DNA of 33,896 nucleotides from Trichomonas gallinae (Eukaryota): NCBI GenBank assembly GCA_008369845.1, contig MRSU01011300.1, positions 1 to 33,896 of the forward strand, read 5' to 3'. Shown piece by piece: positions 1 to 9,685 of this stretch (position 1 is its first letter; each line of letters starts with the position of its first letter). The notes under the pieces were generated by a model. It saw only the letters and a program-made list of their open reading frames with translations, ran no database searches and was not told where the DNA came from. The position numbers and the translations under genes were made by a program.

Positions 1-1139
1 GTGGATGAATTTTTTTTTTTTTTTTTTTTTTTGTTTTGTTTTCATCAGGAATATTGCAGTTTTTAGAAAATATGAACTCAATTATGACTGCAATATGATC
101 GAGGATTTCAATGTGAAAGCATCTCCCAAATGCGTTGATGAATTCAACAAACTTCTTAGAATCGAAACTGTCTTCTTCACCAAAGTCGGTATAAATATGG
201 CCTTGAATCTGTCTGTAACATTGTATTTAGATTGAACAATATCGAGAATGTAATGTGCTTCAAACACTCGGATAACTGGTCCTGATCGAGAACTTCAATG
301 AGTGTATCGTTCTTTTTCATATCTGGGATGAACTCAGCACTGCATACTGGGTCAAACTCCATGAAACCAAATGTTTATCGAGCAACTTGAAGATATGACA
401 AAATGTTCGAAAATAATTCATGAGTTAAATATATATACAAAGATTAAATTTCAACTAAATTTACAATAAAAAAAAATCTAATGAAATTTCGTTGCTGCCC
501 ATAAATTTCACTCAAACTTATATATAACAACATATACATCCTATAATATCCATAGGTATGATATCTAAGCATTCGCACTGTAATTTAATTAAATAGCAAC
601 ATCATGACGAAAAAGTCGTAAGTGATGAAATGTACTTGCAGTACAGTTCATAACGAAGTTTGAGCCTTAATACTTCTACCATATAATCACTATATTTATA
701 TAAGTATAATGTTTAATTTTCCAAGATTTTTACATATGATCTTCGGAGTCATAATGACATTATTCAAAAGTTGATTTTCTAAAATGAGCTTTTAGGCCTC
801 AGCTAAAAATTTTAAGCAAACTCTAAATGATCTAATAGTACTTTTTAAGGGTTCTATAGCTGTAAAGTTTATTGTGATCAAAAAACGTGCTTTGCTTTAG
901 TAATGTTTATAAAAAAAACAACTTTATTTCAAGATAATTTCAGAAATTTGATGAAAACATTAGTGTACGATACTTGTTATAAAAAACATCTTTTTCGTAA
1001 ATATTTGATTTGATTTTTTTTTGAAAAATAGAAATTTCATAAATTTCTATCGATATTATAATATTTTATGAACGAATTTTCTCAATTTCTCATAAAAATT
1101 TGATTCGAAAATCTAAATAAATGGATGAATCTTAAAATC

Positions 1140-1148
1140 ATAACGATA
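1140..1148 (+). promoter_or_regulatory. Candidate Myb recognition element ATAACGATA (MRE-1/MRE-2r type)
   Basis: Fits the ANAACGATA element described for T. vaginalis Myb proteins and lies about 200 nt upstream of the ankyrin ATG. It is a short AT-rich motif, so it may be chance. Confidence 0.3.
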
Positions 1149-1311
1149 TTATAACTAATCAATATTTTATTAGTAGATATTCATAATCAAATATCACAGA
1201 AAATCAATATCCATTGAGATAATCAAGAATTTTCGATAAAAATGTGTGAAATAGGTATATTATATAATATAAAGCCCAAATTCATAGTCAAAAATTGAAA
1301 TCTGTAGATTA

Positions 1312-1337
1312 AACGGTTTTTGACAAAAAAAATCACA
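1312..1337 (+). promoter_or_regulatory. Core promoter: M3-like AACGGTTT (1312-1319) plus initiator TCACA (1333-1337)
   Basis: Matches the Trichomonas M3 (RCGGTT core) and Inr TCA(C/T)(T/A) elements within 30 nt of the ankyrin ATG. Confidence 0.6.
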
Positions 1338-1341
1338 AAAA

Positions 1342-3015
1342 ATGGAAACTTTCCTAAACTACGTAATTACTGGAGACATTGCAGCTTTGAACAGGACATT
1401 TGACAACGCATCGGAAAGAGAGCAGCAGGGTCTTCTCGCATGCCAGGATAACAACGGCAGGACTCCACTTCATCTTGCAGCTTTAAATGGCCAGGGAGAA
1501 GCCGTTGATATTCTGCTGAAGAAAGGTGCAGACGTCAATGTATTGGATTTCAACAAAAATACGCCGATTTATCACGCAATTTTATCTCGATCATTGGAAA
1601 TTACGGAAAAACTCGTCGAGAATCAGGCTGTGCTCGAGTGGTACAACGCTAATGGGGAATCACCCCTCCATTATGCAGCCGGATCAAAATCTACTGAAAT
1701 TTTAAATTATATTCTTGAACAAGGCGTGGATGTGAATTCTTCTAGTACACCATCAAGTGAAACACCTATTTACTACGCAGCAAAGGCAGCTTGGCTTGAA
1801 GGCATGAAGATTTTAGTTGATTACGGTGCAGAAGTCGATCCACACGGTTGTTTAAAGAAATTGGTGCCAATAATTATCACAATGTACCGCAATATCAGCT
1901 CCCCGAAGTCTAAAATCACTCAATCAAAAACACTTATTCGCGAAAAATCAATTAATTCAGAACAAGCTTACGAAATTGTTCAGTTCCTTGTCGAACATGG
2001 TGCTGACGTCAACGCAGTTTTCACTGTCAAAGGAGCGGACAAAACACAGGAAACAAGTGCATTACAAGATTCTATTGTCATGAGTGATGAGAAAATGGTC
2101 GAAATTCTTCTTCAAGGAAAGATTTCACTCAACAAAGCTTTGCCAAATGGAAAGCTTCCGCTTGAATTGGCAGTAGAAAGAAATTCTCCGCAAAAAATCA
2201 TACAAATGTTGATAGAATCGAAAGCTGATGCTATGCATTTGAATGAGGATGGACAGAGCTACTTGCATCTCGTATGCATGAACTATGATATCAACCTTGA
2301 GACTTTAAGATATTTGATTGATTTCTATAGTAGTGTTACAGCAGATTACAACTCAATTGCAGAGAGAGAAATGAACGAAACTAAGTCCGATGACAGCCCA
2401 AGACGTGTTGGAAAGCGAATTGCTGATATTTATAGAAATTCACCAAGAAAAGTTGATCCATTCTTTATTGACAAGGAAGGAAACACACCACTGTTCTATG
2501 CAGCACAAGGCACATCACAAGAAGCCGTAAAAATGTTAATTGAATATGGTTGTGATCCAAAGATCGAAAATAAGCGTCGTTACACAGCCTATTCTATCGC
2601 AAAACCTGAAATGTCGAATTATATGTATTCTATTGCTGAAACAGACGAAATGCAAGATTTATTCGAAAAACTAGCATTAATTAGCCCATATCATAATAAG
2701 GTTGAAGCGTCTACTTCACCAGAAAAGAAACAGAAGAGTGTTGTTGTATATTCTAAAGAAAACGTTACAAGATTAGAAAACAGAACGCAAAAGTCGTCAA
2801 TGAAGTCTCCAAAGGCTGCAGCTGCGGCAGAGAAGAGTCCAGCAAAGAAACAGATCCAAACAGCTCGTCCATGGGGCGGATTTGCAGAAGCAGAAGAATT
2901 TCGTCGCCAAACAAGAAAAGATCTTCGCAAGTTGAAGCTTGATATGAATGAGAAGCTTGAGCGGTTGAAGAAATCAATTCAAGACATTGCACAAGAAAAC
3001 GATATTGAATTATAA
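1342..3015 (+). CDS. Ankyrin-repeat protein with basic Ser-Pro-rich region and C-terminal coiled coil (557 aa)
   Basis: Repeated ankyrin cores: GRTPLHLAA, KNTPIYHAI, GESPLHYAA, SETPIYYAA, ETSALQDSI, GKLPLELAV, GQSYLHLVC, GNTPLFYAA, with GADVN/GVDVN linkers. The C-terminus (LRKLKLDMNEKLERLKKSIQDI) is heptad-like. Inr TCACA at 1333-1337. Confidence 0.95.
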   Translation: METFLNYVITGDIAALNRTFDNASEREQQGLLACQDNNGRTPLHLAALNGQGEAVDILLKKGADVNVLDFNKNTPIYHAILSRSLEITEKLVENQAVLEWYNANGESPLHYAAGSKSTEILNYILEQGVDVNSSSTPSSETPIYYAAKAAWLEGMKILVDYGAEVDPHGCLKKLVPIIITMYRNISSPKSKITQSKTLIREKSINSEQAYEIVQFLVEHGADVNAVFTVKGADKTQETSALQDSIVMSDEKMVEILLQGKISLNKALPNGKLPLELAVERNSPQKIIQMLIESKADAMHLNEDGQSYLHLVCMNYDINLETLRYLIDFYSSVTADYNSIAEREMNETKSDDSPRRVGKRIADIYRNSPRKVDPFFIDKEGNTPLFYAAQGTSQEAVKMLIEYGCDPKIENKRRYTAYSIAKPEMSNYMYSIAETDEMQDLFEKLALISPYHNKVEASTSPEKKQKSVVVYSKENVTRLENRTQKSSMKSPKAAAAAEKSPAKKQIQTARPWGGFAEAEEFRRQTRKDLRKLKLDMNEKLERLKKSIQDIAQENDIEL

Positions 3016-3678
3016 TTTTTATTAGATTTTAGATATGATTTTGATAATATAAATGACCTGTATAAACTAATAGAAAACTAAAACTATTTGCTTTTTTCAT
3101 ATTATTTTTATTCTTCAAATTTTTAATGTGATAATGACTTATGAATGAAATATTAGTCATTTGTGTATCCAATAGAATGATATTAAAGTTGCTATTTCTT
3201 CTAAAAACAAGTCATAATTAAATTTGATAAAGTAGTGGAGCTTTAATTATGATTGTTACATTACAAACATTCTTTGGTTTGAATTCCTGGAACAAAAATT
3301 GAAACAAGCATGAAAAATTATGTTGAAGAAAATTTTGCAACGAGAATTGCAGTGTTGGAGTCTAGAAACTAAATATTTTCAACTATATTTTCTGTTTGAT
3401 TACAGATCTGTTTAATGAATGAATAATTAAAGAAATATCACAATGATAATAAAAATAGAGTAATTTTATTGGTTAAACAGTATTATGTGTACAATAATGG
3501 AATATATCCTCATTAGAAAATCGAAAATTATAGAAAATTGCCAATTTTCTCAATATTTTAATTGAAATTCATTCAAATAGTTGTTGTTTATCAAAATTTC
3601 AAAAATGTAAGTAAATTGTTGTGATAATTCCGAAAAGATAAATTTAATATTATATCAATAAGGAAAAAACAAATATTA

Positions 3679-6600
3679 TTATGCAGAAGCAATGAGTTGT
3701 TTGATCCTCGAAGCCCTTCCACGCGATGTCTTGACGGCTTCTTCCGTTCTCGAGATGTCCGACATTGTCTCGAGATCCGCGTCGAGAACACCACGTTGTT
3801 GGGTGAATTCCTTGTCTTCCTTCGCCTCCTTGGCTGCTTTCTTTTCTTCCTCCTTGCGGCGGAGTTCTTCCTCCTTCGCTTCCTTCTCTCTCTTCTTGAT
3901 GACCTGTGTTTTGACCTCTTCGAAGTTCTGCAGGAATTTAGTGAAAACTTGCAAGAAAGATCCGAGGTTGTATTCGGCCTTAGACTCGCCGAACATCTTC
4001 AAGTTCTCTTCGAACAAAGAGTCGACCTCTGCTAATAGCTTCTCGCATTTCTCGATGACAGGTGTTGCCTTCTCTTCGAAGTCGCATATCTTAGGATAGA
4101 ACAAGTCTCCATCAGCGACTCTTGACTCACTTGCATCCTTCTTCGCAAGCAGTGAGTTCATCGAGCCTTTGACGTCAGCCAATGAACGCTTCAGCGCGTC
4201 CACGTCGATCTTAGATGCAGCTGGAAGAGCGGCCAAGTCCTTAGTGAACTCGATCATTGTTGATTCTGGCGGCTGATCCAAAATGTGCCAAACCAAGACA
4301 GTCATAAGTGTTGCGCCTTCACCCTTTGTTTCTGTCATTGTATTCAAACCTTTGATCTTGAAGCCCATGGCACCGCCACGCGCTGTACCACCGTTCATGT
4401 AGTTACCGAAAGCGAGCACGAGAGCCAAAACGTCCTTCAAGTTCTTTGACTCCTTGAGAGCCTTGAGGGCATCAATCAGAACATTCAGTGGTGTTTCTAT
4501 GGATACCATTGTCTCGTTGAAAGAGTGAGCGAGATTCATGAACTTGAGGTGGTCTTCAATGTCGTGGATGACTGAGATGGCGAGGAAGAACTTCTCGCAG
4601 CTGCCGAGCAGTGCTTTGTCGCCTGTGAATGATGTGACTGTTGTGATTTCTTCTGGTTTTGGCCTGTTAGCGTATAATGATGCGAACTGGTCTTCTGTGA
4701 AGACGCCTTCGAATCTGAGCTGTAAAATAGCTGTGGCGATGTCGTCGAATGAAATCTTGAATCTTGATAACGCGATGTTGACTGATCTGGCTCTATTTGA
4801 GTCGAGTAACTCTATCTGCTTCGGTCCTTCTTTCTTCTTGGCCACTGGCTTCTTCGCTGGTGGCGGTTTAGCTGCGAAAGCAGATTCGAGTTTGGAGAAG
4901 TCGAGTTTAAGGTCTGGAATGTCATCCCACATTGTTCCCTTAGCCTGTGCATCGTTGATCTTCTGCCAGAAGAAGCCTTTCATCTTCTTCGCTGGAGCAG
5001 TATTAGATCTCTTCGGCTTTGCCATTGCTGGCGCTCTTGGGATGCCACCTGGTGGTGGTGGAGGTGGCGGAAGGCCTGGTGCGCCAGGAGGTGGAGGTGG
5101 TGGAGGTGGAGCTCCGCCCGGTGGTGGTGGAGGTGGCGGAAGGCCTCCTGGAGGAGGCGGTGGTGGTGGAAGACCAGCTCCCGGCGGTGCAGGAGGTGGT
5201 GGTGGTAATGCATCACCTCCTGGAGGCGGAGGTGGCGGCGGAAGACCACCAGGTGGTGGAGGTGGTGGTGGGACGCCTACTGCTGGTGGTGGAGGAGGCG
5301 GTGGAACGTCAACTGGAGCAGGTGGAATTTCTGATGTCGATGGTACCGGGCTGGAAACTTCTGCTGGGGCCTCTGCTGCCTGAGCTACACGTTTCTTTAA
5401 GTCTTCTATGAGTTTATTCTTTTCTTCGATTTGCTTATTCTTCTGATTGATTTCTAATTCTTTCGCGCTGAGCAAAATCTTGAGTTTAGCGAATTCTTCA
5501 CCATCTGGTGTGACCTTATCCTTGAGATCATCGACTGTTGCTTGTAATTTTTCGTTTTTCTCTTTAATTTCCTGATTTTGCTCACTTTGGCGCTTGAGGT
5601 GGTTTCTGACGACATTCAGTTCGTCCTGAAGGCCAGAAACGCGGAATCTCAAGCTTTCCGCAGATTCATTTTCGTCAGCTGTATTTGCAACAGTTGGAAG
5701 CGGAAGATCAATGAGAACTGAGTTGCTAAGGAATCCGTATTTGTCATAGAGTTCTGTGAGTAATGCTGGAAGTGTTAATTCCGGAATTTCAGAAGGATGA
5801 AGTGAATAATAAGCAACTTCATCGAATCTCTGCGGCTGATCGATAGCAACGAGCTGCCTGTAGTTATGAAGGAAGCTTTCGAAGTAATCGAGCACTTTTT
5901 CTGCAGCATTTGCATTAGTTTGATATAAACTTGCGAGATGGAGGTTGATTGACATTCTTCTGTCAGCTGTCATACGATCCTCAACGAAACTGTTGACCTG
6001 GCGTGGATCGAATGGATTCAATTTCTTTACTGGGAATAAATCTTCGATTAATTTCGCTTCATCAAGGATAGTTTGGATGTTTTCCTTGTGATCTGGATCC
6101 ATTGCGAGGTATGTAAGAAGCCTGGACTTCTTGAGATTCAAAACAAGCGTCGCGTAAAGACGTGAATCAGTTGTTGTCTTAATTACGCTACCGAAGAAGG
6201 CAAAGAAGACCTTAAATGCATCTCTTTGCTTAGCTTCAAGTAATTCTGGCTTTACAAAGTCATTTTTCGTGTATTCTTGGATATATTTGAAGAATTCACA
6301 CATAACTTCCCATCCGCGGAATTTATCACGGCGGAGAGTCTCTATATTGCCTAAGATGAACTCAGAATAGAGCGGTGATGGTGCAAAAGCAATGGTTATA
6401 GCTAAGATATCTGTTGAAATTTCTATATCATGCGGCATGAAGACGGAAATCAGCGGTGGAAGATATTCCGGATGATTTACGAACTCAGGACGTGCAACCC
6501 TGACGTTCGCAACGATTCTAATGGACTGAATAATCTCAGCTAAAATTTTTCGACGTTTAACTGAGATATTTCCAAGAATTGCTTCTTCCGTAAAACTGCA

Positions 6601-6912
6601 CACGAGCTCAATAAGGAATTGCAAGCCCTGATTTAAAATAAACAGCTGAATCCATGAAATTTTTCCTGTCTTCAAAACTGTCTTCAATCCTAAGATGTTT
6701 TCTTCTGAGAGGTTCTTCTTTAGCTTGTCAAAGTAATAGTTTGGATCAGGAGTTTGCTGTTCTGAGAGCTGATCACGCTCAATATATTCTAACTTGAGCT
6801 GCTTCGGCATTTTCATCATTTTCGCGATGGTGTCCGGCGGGTAATCGTTATCGCGCAGAAGTTCCATGAACTTCTTCTCGACGCGGTCCTCTTGGGAACC
6901 TTGCTCAGTCAT
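3679..6912 (-). CDS. Diaphanous-related formin (GBD/FH3, coiled coil, FH1, FH2, DAD), 1077 aa
   Basis: N-terminal GBD-like LKTVLKTGKISWIQLFILNQGL; eight polyproline tracts (FH1); FH2 motifs MKGFFWQKI, LLDSNRARSVNIAL and LAFGNYMNGGTARGGAMGFKI; DAD-like GVLDADLETM followed by a basic patch. Confidence 0.97.
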   Translation of the reverse strand: MTEQGSQEDRVEKKFMELLRDNDYPPDTIAKMMKMPKQLKLEYIERDQLSEQQTPDPNYYFDKLKKNLSEENILGLKTVLKTGKISWIQLFILNQGLQFLIELVCSFTEEAILGNISVKRRKILAEIIQSIRIVANVRVARPEFVNHPEYLPPLISVFMPHDIEISTDILAITIAFAPSPLYSEFILGNIETLRRDKFRGWEVMCEFFKYIQEYTKNDFVKPELLEAKQRDAFKVFFAFFGSVIKTTTDSRLYATLVLNLKKSRLLTYLAMDPDHKENIQTILDEAKLIEDLFPVKKLNPFDPRQVNSFVEDRMTADRRMSINLHLASLYQTNANAAEKVLDYFESFLHNYRQLVAIDQPQRFDEVAYYSLHPSEIPELTLPALLTELYDKYGFLSNSVLIDLPLPTVANTADENESAESLRFRVSGLQDELNVVRNHLKRQSEQNQEIKEKNEKLQATVDDLKDKVTPDGEEFAKLKILLSAKELEINQKNKQIEEKNKLIEDLKKRVAQAAEAPAEVSSPVPSTSEIPPAPVDVPPPPPPPAVGVPPPPPPPGGLPPPPPPPGGDALPPPPPAPPGAGLPPPPPPPGGLPPPPPPPGGAPPPPPPPPGAPGLPPPPPPPGGIPRAPAMAKPKRSNTAPAKKMKGFFWQKINDAQAKGTMWDDIPDLKLDFSKLESAFAAKPPPAKKPVAKKKEGPKQIELLDSNRARSVNIALSRFKISFDDIATAILQLRFEGVFTEDQFASLYANRPKPEEITTVTSFTGDKALLGSCEKFFLAISVIHDIEDHLKFMNLAHSFNETMVSIETPLNVLIDALKALKESKNLKDVLALVLAFGNYMNGGTARGGAMGFKIKGLNTMTETKGEGATLMTVLVWHILDQPPESTMIEFTKDLAALPAASKIDVDALKRSLADVKGSMNSLLAKKDASESRVADGDLFYPKICDFEEKATPVIEKCEKLLAEVDSLFEENLKMFGESKAEYNLGSFLQVFTKFLQNFEEVKTQVIKKREKEAKEEELRRKEEEKKAAKEAKEDKEFTQQRGVLDADLETMSDISRTEEAVKTSRGRASRIKQLIASA
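5040..5305 (-). repeat. FH1 polyproline low-complexity repeat (GGT/GGA/GGC-rich on + strand)
   Basis: Eight P5-P8 tracts separated by GGL/GGA/GAPGL spacers inside the formin CDS. Confidence 0.9.
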
Positions 6913-6920
6913 AAAAATAT

Positions 6921-6980
6921 AAAAAATATTGTAAACTTATCAAAAAAGTTGTAAACAACTCAAAAAAAAATTGTAAACTT
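6921..6980. repeat. Three spaced copies of TTGTAAAC just upstream of the formin ATG
   Basis: TTGTAAAC at 6929-6936, 6949-6956 and 6971-6978, each preceded by an A-run; unit of about 21 bp. Confidence 0.8.
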
Positions 6981-7659
6981 CTGGAATATATAACAGAAAA
7001 ATAATTTATAGATTTCATTTGATATTTGGACTTTTGATCCAAAATCACTGCTATACAACTTCAAATATCAGAAATTTAATTAAATTTTGAGGATTGGATC
7101 TCGAAAACTTGATAAATAGATTTGTAATTATCTAAAAATCATAATACATCGAACGACTAGTCGTCTGTAATGAAATTTGATTTAGATTTGACCATTTGTC
7201 ATGTAAATATACTTGAAAATTAAGGTTATAACGTGTATCAATAAAAACAGTTTAATTCGGTTTTCGGATTCCATTTACGGTCTTCTTATGGCACAAAAAA
7301 CGGTTATATGGACCGATCACCTCCTCAATTTAGTTACGTGTTGTAATTTCAAATAAGAATATCAAATCTTATGCGTATTGAACTCTCTTCACTAGCATAA
7401 TTTAAGTCCTATATATGTATTTATCATATTGCTATGGTTACTCCTTCCAATTATCAAGCATATTTAATCATTCATCATGATATTGAAGCAATAAGAAATA
7501 TACTATATTAGTTTTCACAATACACATGGAAAAAACTTAATTTCTTAACCATTTCTGCTTGAAATGAAGATATCGATTTATCAAATTAAAAAAGTGATTT
7601 TAAATTTCCGAACGTACGTATATATAATTTAATCAAAAATCAAATAAAGTTAAAAGCAA

Positions 7660-8058
7660 TTAGAGTGGTTCGTTCCATGACTTAGAGAATGAGACACCTG
7701 TGTATTCACCGAAAACTGGTTTGTTAGATACTGGAGGATGAGCACGAGGTTGAAGGCGTTTGTAGTTAGAATGGTTAACAGCAACTTTCCTGCACATTTT
7801 AATAGCAACGCAAGCCTTTGATGGAGTTCCGTTATCCTGAAGGATCTGGATGATCTTTTCGTATGGAATATCAAGAATCTTTGGGCATAACTCTCTTAAA
7901 TATACTGGGAGTTTCTTGCATTCTTTCTGAATTTTTTCTGGAATGTCTAATGCTTTGACTTTTTCGTCAAGGTATGCTTGTGCTGTTGCAGCAAAGAACT
8001 TGCAAAGCGAGCATTCGCCTTCAAAAGAAACTGAACTTGCAAAAAGAAAAGCAAGCAT
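7660..8058 (-). CDS. Secreted saposin-like protein (SAPLIP, saposin B domain), 132 aa
   Basis: Short signal MLAFLFASSVS, then the six-Cys saposin pattern: ECSLC...KECKKLP...ELC...PSKACVAIKMC. A basic C-terminal extension of about 40 aa follows. Confidence 0.93.
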   Translation of the reverse strand: MLAFLFASSVSFEGECSLCKFFAATAQAYLDEKVKALDIPEKIQKECKKLPVYLRELCPKILDIPYEKIIQILQDNGTPSKACVAIKMCRKVAVNHSNYKRLQPRAHPPVSNKPVFGEYTGVSFSKSWNEPL

Positions 8059-8069
8059 TTGAATATGCT

Positions 8070-8154
8070 GTCACTTTTTGGATGTTGCATCTGATTTATT
8101 CATTTATATCTATTTTTAATTAGATTTTAAACAAAAAAAAATTGTTGTCACTTT
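8070..8154 (-). promoter_or_regulatory. Two AAAGTGAC (M2-type) motifs upstream of the saposin-like gene
   Basis: GTCACTTT on + at 8070-8077 and 8147-8154 reads AAAGTGAC on the coding strand. The first copy is 11 nt from the ATG. Confidence 0.55.
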
Positions 8155-9685
8155 TAGAGATTTTGGTTTAAGGTTCAATCGCGCCCGTAAATCATTTTTC
8201 ATGCTTCAATGATATGTATTGGTTTATTGGGTATAAAGAGAATGTGTCTGCTTTATTCCTTCCATTATTGGCATAAAACATTGTTATCATAAGAGATTGC
8301 AATATGAGATATCCATCAAATTTAATTCAAACTTACAAAATATAAAGTTAATCAATAACCATTGTTCATATTCGATTCAGCATAGTATTACATTATTCAT
8401 CCCTACTCAACAATAATATTAATTTATTTTTTTCGACCTCTTCACAGTAAAATTGGTCTATTTTAATTGCATCATCATTTAAATCAATTACTATGATTGT
8501 GCATGATACTGGATATAATTTTCACTGTGAATTAATTTCGATTAATTTGAGATACGCAAACTACTTTCCATAATATCTCTTATAAGATCTCATATTCCAT
8601 GGATAAATCCATATCGATCGCAGAATGATGATGGCTTTCTTTTTAAAAAAAAATCTAATTAAGCGTGAAATTCAGTGGCCAAGACATTAATAATAGTGTT
8701 AATGAATTGAAGTAGCTACTATAATCGATTTGTCATAGTATAAAGAGATTGAAACAAATACTTTTCAATGACAATTCCTAGGTTTGAAAAGTAATATATA
8801 CTTAATATTTACTACAAAATATTTCCTTTTATTACAAAATAAGCAAATCTGGGTAACATTATTTTGCCTGGCAAGCAGATCATGTCAGATTTCAAAATCT
8901 GACTGGCAGAAGCGGATCAGTCTGGATCAGAACGGATACAAGCATTGCATTGGATATAGATGTGAACTCTCAATTGAATCGATTCATTTTGTCGCTTCTG
9001 AGTGAAATTATTCTGTTTTCATTTTTGCCTTTACACCAAATTAAAGCTATTTTACTCAGTATCTGTGTATTTCGCATGCTTTTGGCTAATATATCGATTG
9101 AATTTTCATGATTTCTTCAAAAATCACAAAATCTAAGCAATACATATGCTGCAAACTTGTAGAAATAAAGTATGCATTTATATTGGTAATTTCTGATATC
9201 CGAAATCATACGAATTCCATTCGTTTTTTCATGGAATTATTCCCATTACAGAGCTCCTTATAATTGATTGGTTCGCTTAGAGTAATGTCTTGTGATGTAA
9301 TTTATCACTATATTTTATTCCAATTTTACAAAAAAAAACATAATAAAATAAGTTTAAAAAATTTAGTTTCAAGCTTATAGCATATCTCTCTAAGCTGTAC
9401 ACAGTTGCACCATAACATTTATTCTTCGTTGTTTTGAACTGACTAAAAATTATGCTGGCAGGTTGACATCAACGTCAAAAAATATTGAATGGAAAAACAA
9501 TTTTTGTGACGTTTATTTGATCTGTTATTTTGAAATTTATTTCTGACCATAATGGCAGATCGGATTGAGTGCATAATTTTATTGTTTTAGAGTAGATATA
9601 TAAATATTTATATATATATTATTGACAATGAAAAATTTGTTTAATATTTTTTGAGGACTTACATTTTGTTTTAGATTCATTTTTC

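Noticed and set aside
4538..5411. 281-aa Gly-rich and 130-aa ORFs on +
   Set aside because: Antisense shadows of the formin FH1/FH2 region; poly-Gly is the reverse complement of poly-Pro codons.
7315..7325. GATCACCTCCT, identical to the 3' end of bacterial 16S rRNA
   Set aside because: Only 11 nt, with no upstream helix-45 or other rRNA similarity; consistent with chance.
8930..8955. ACGGATACAAGCATTGCATTGG, loosely U6-like
   Set aside because: Lacks the invariant ACAGAGA box and the U6 ISL context.
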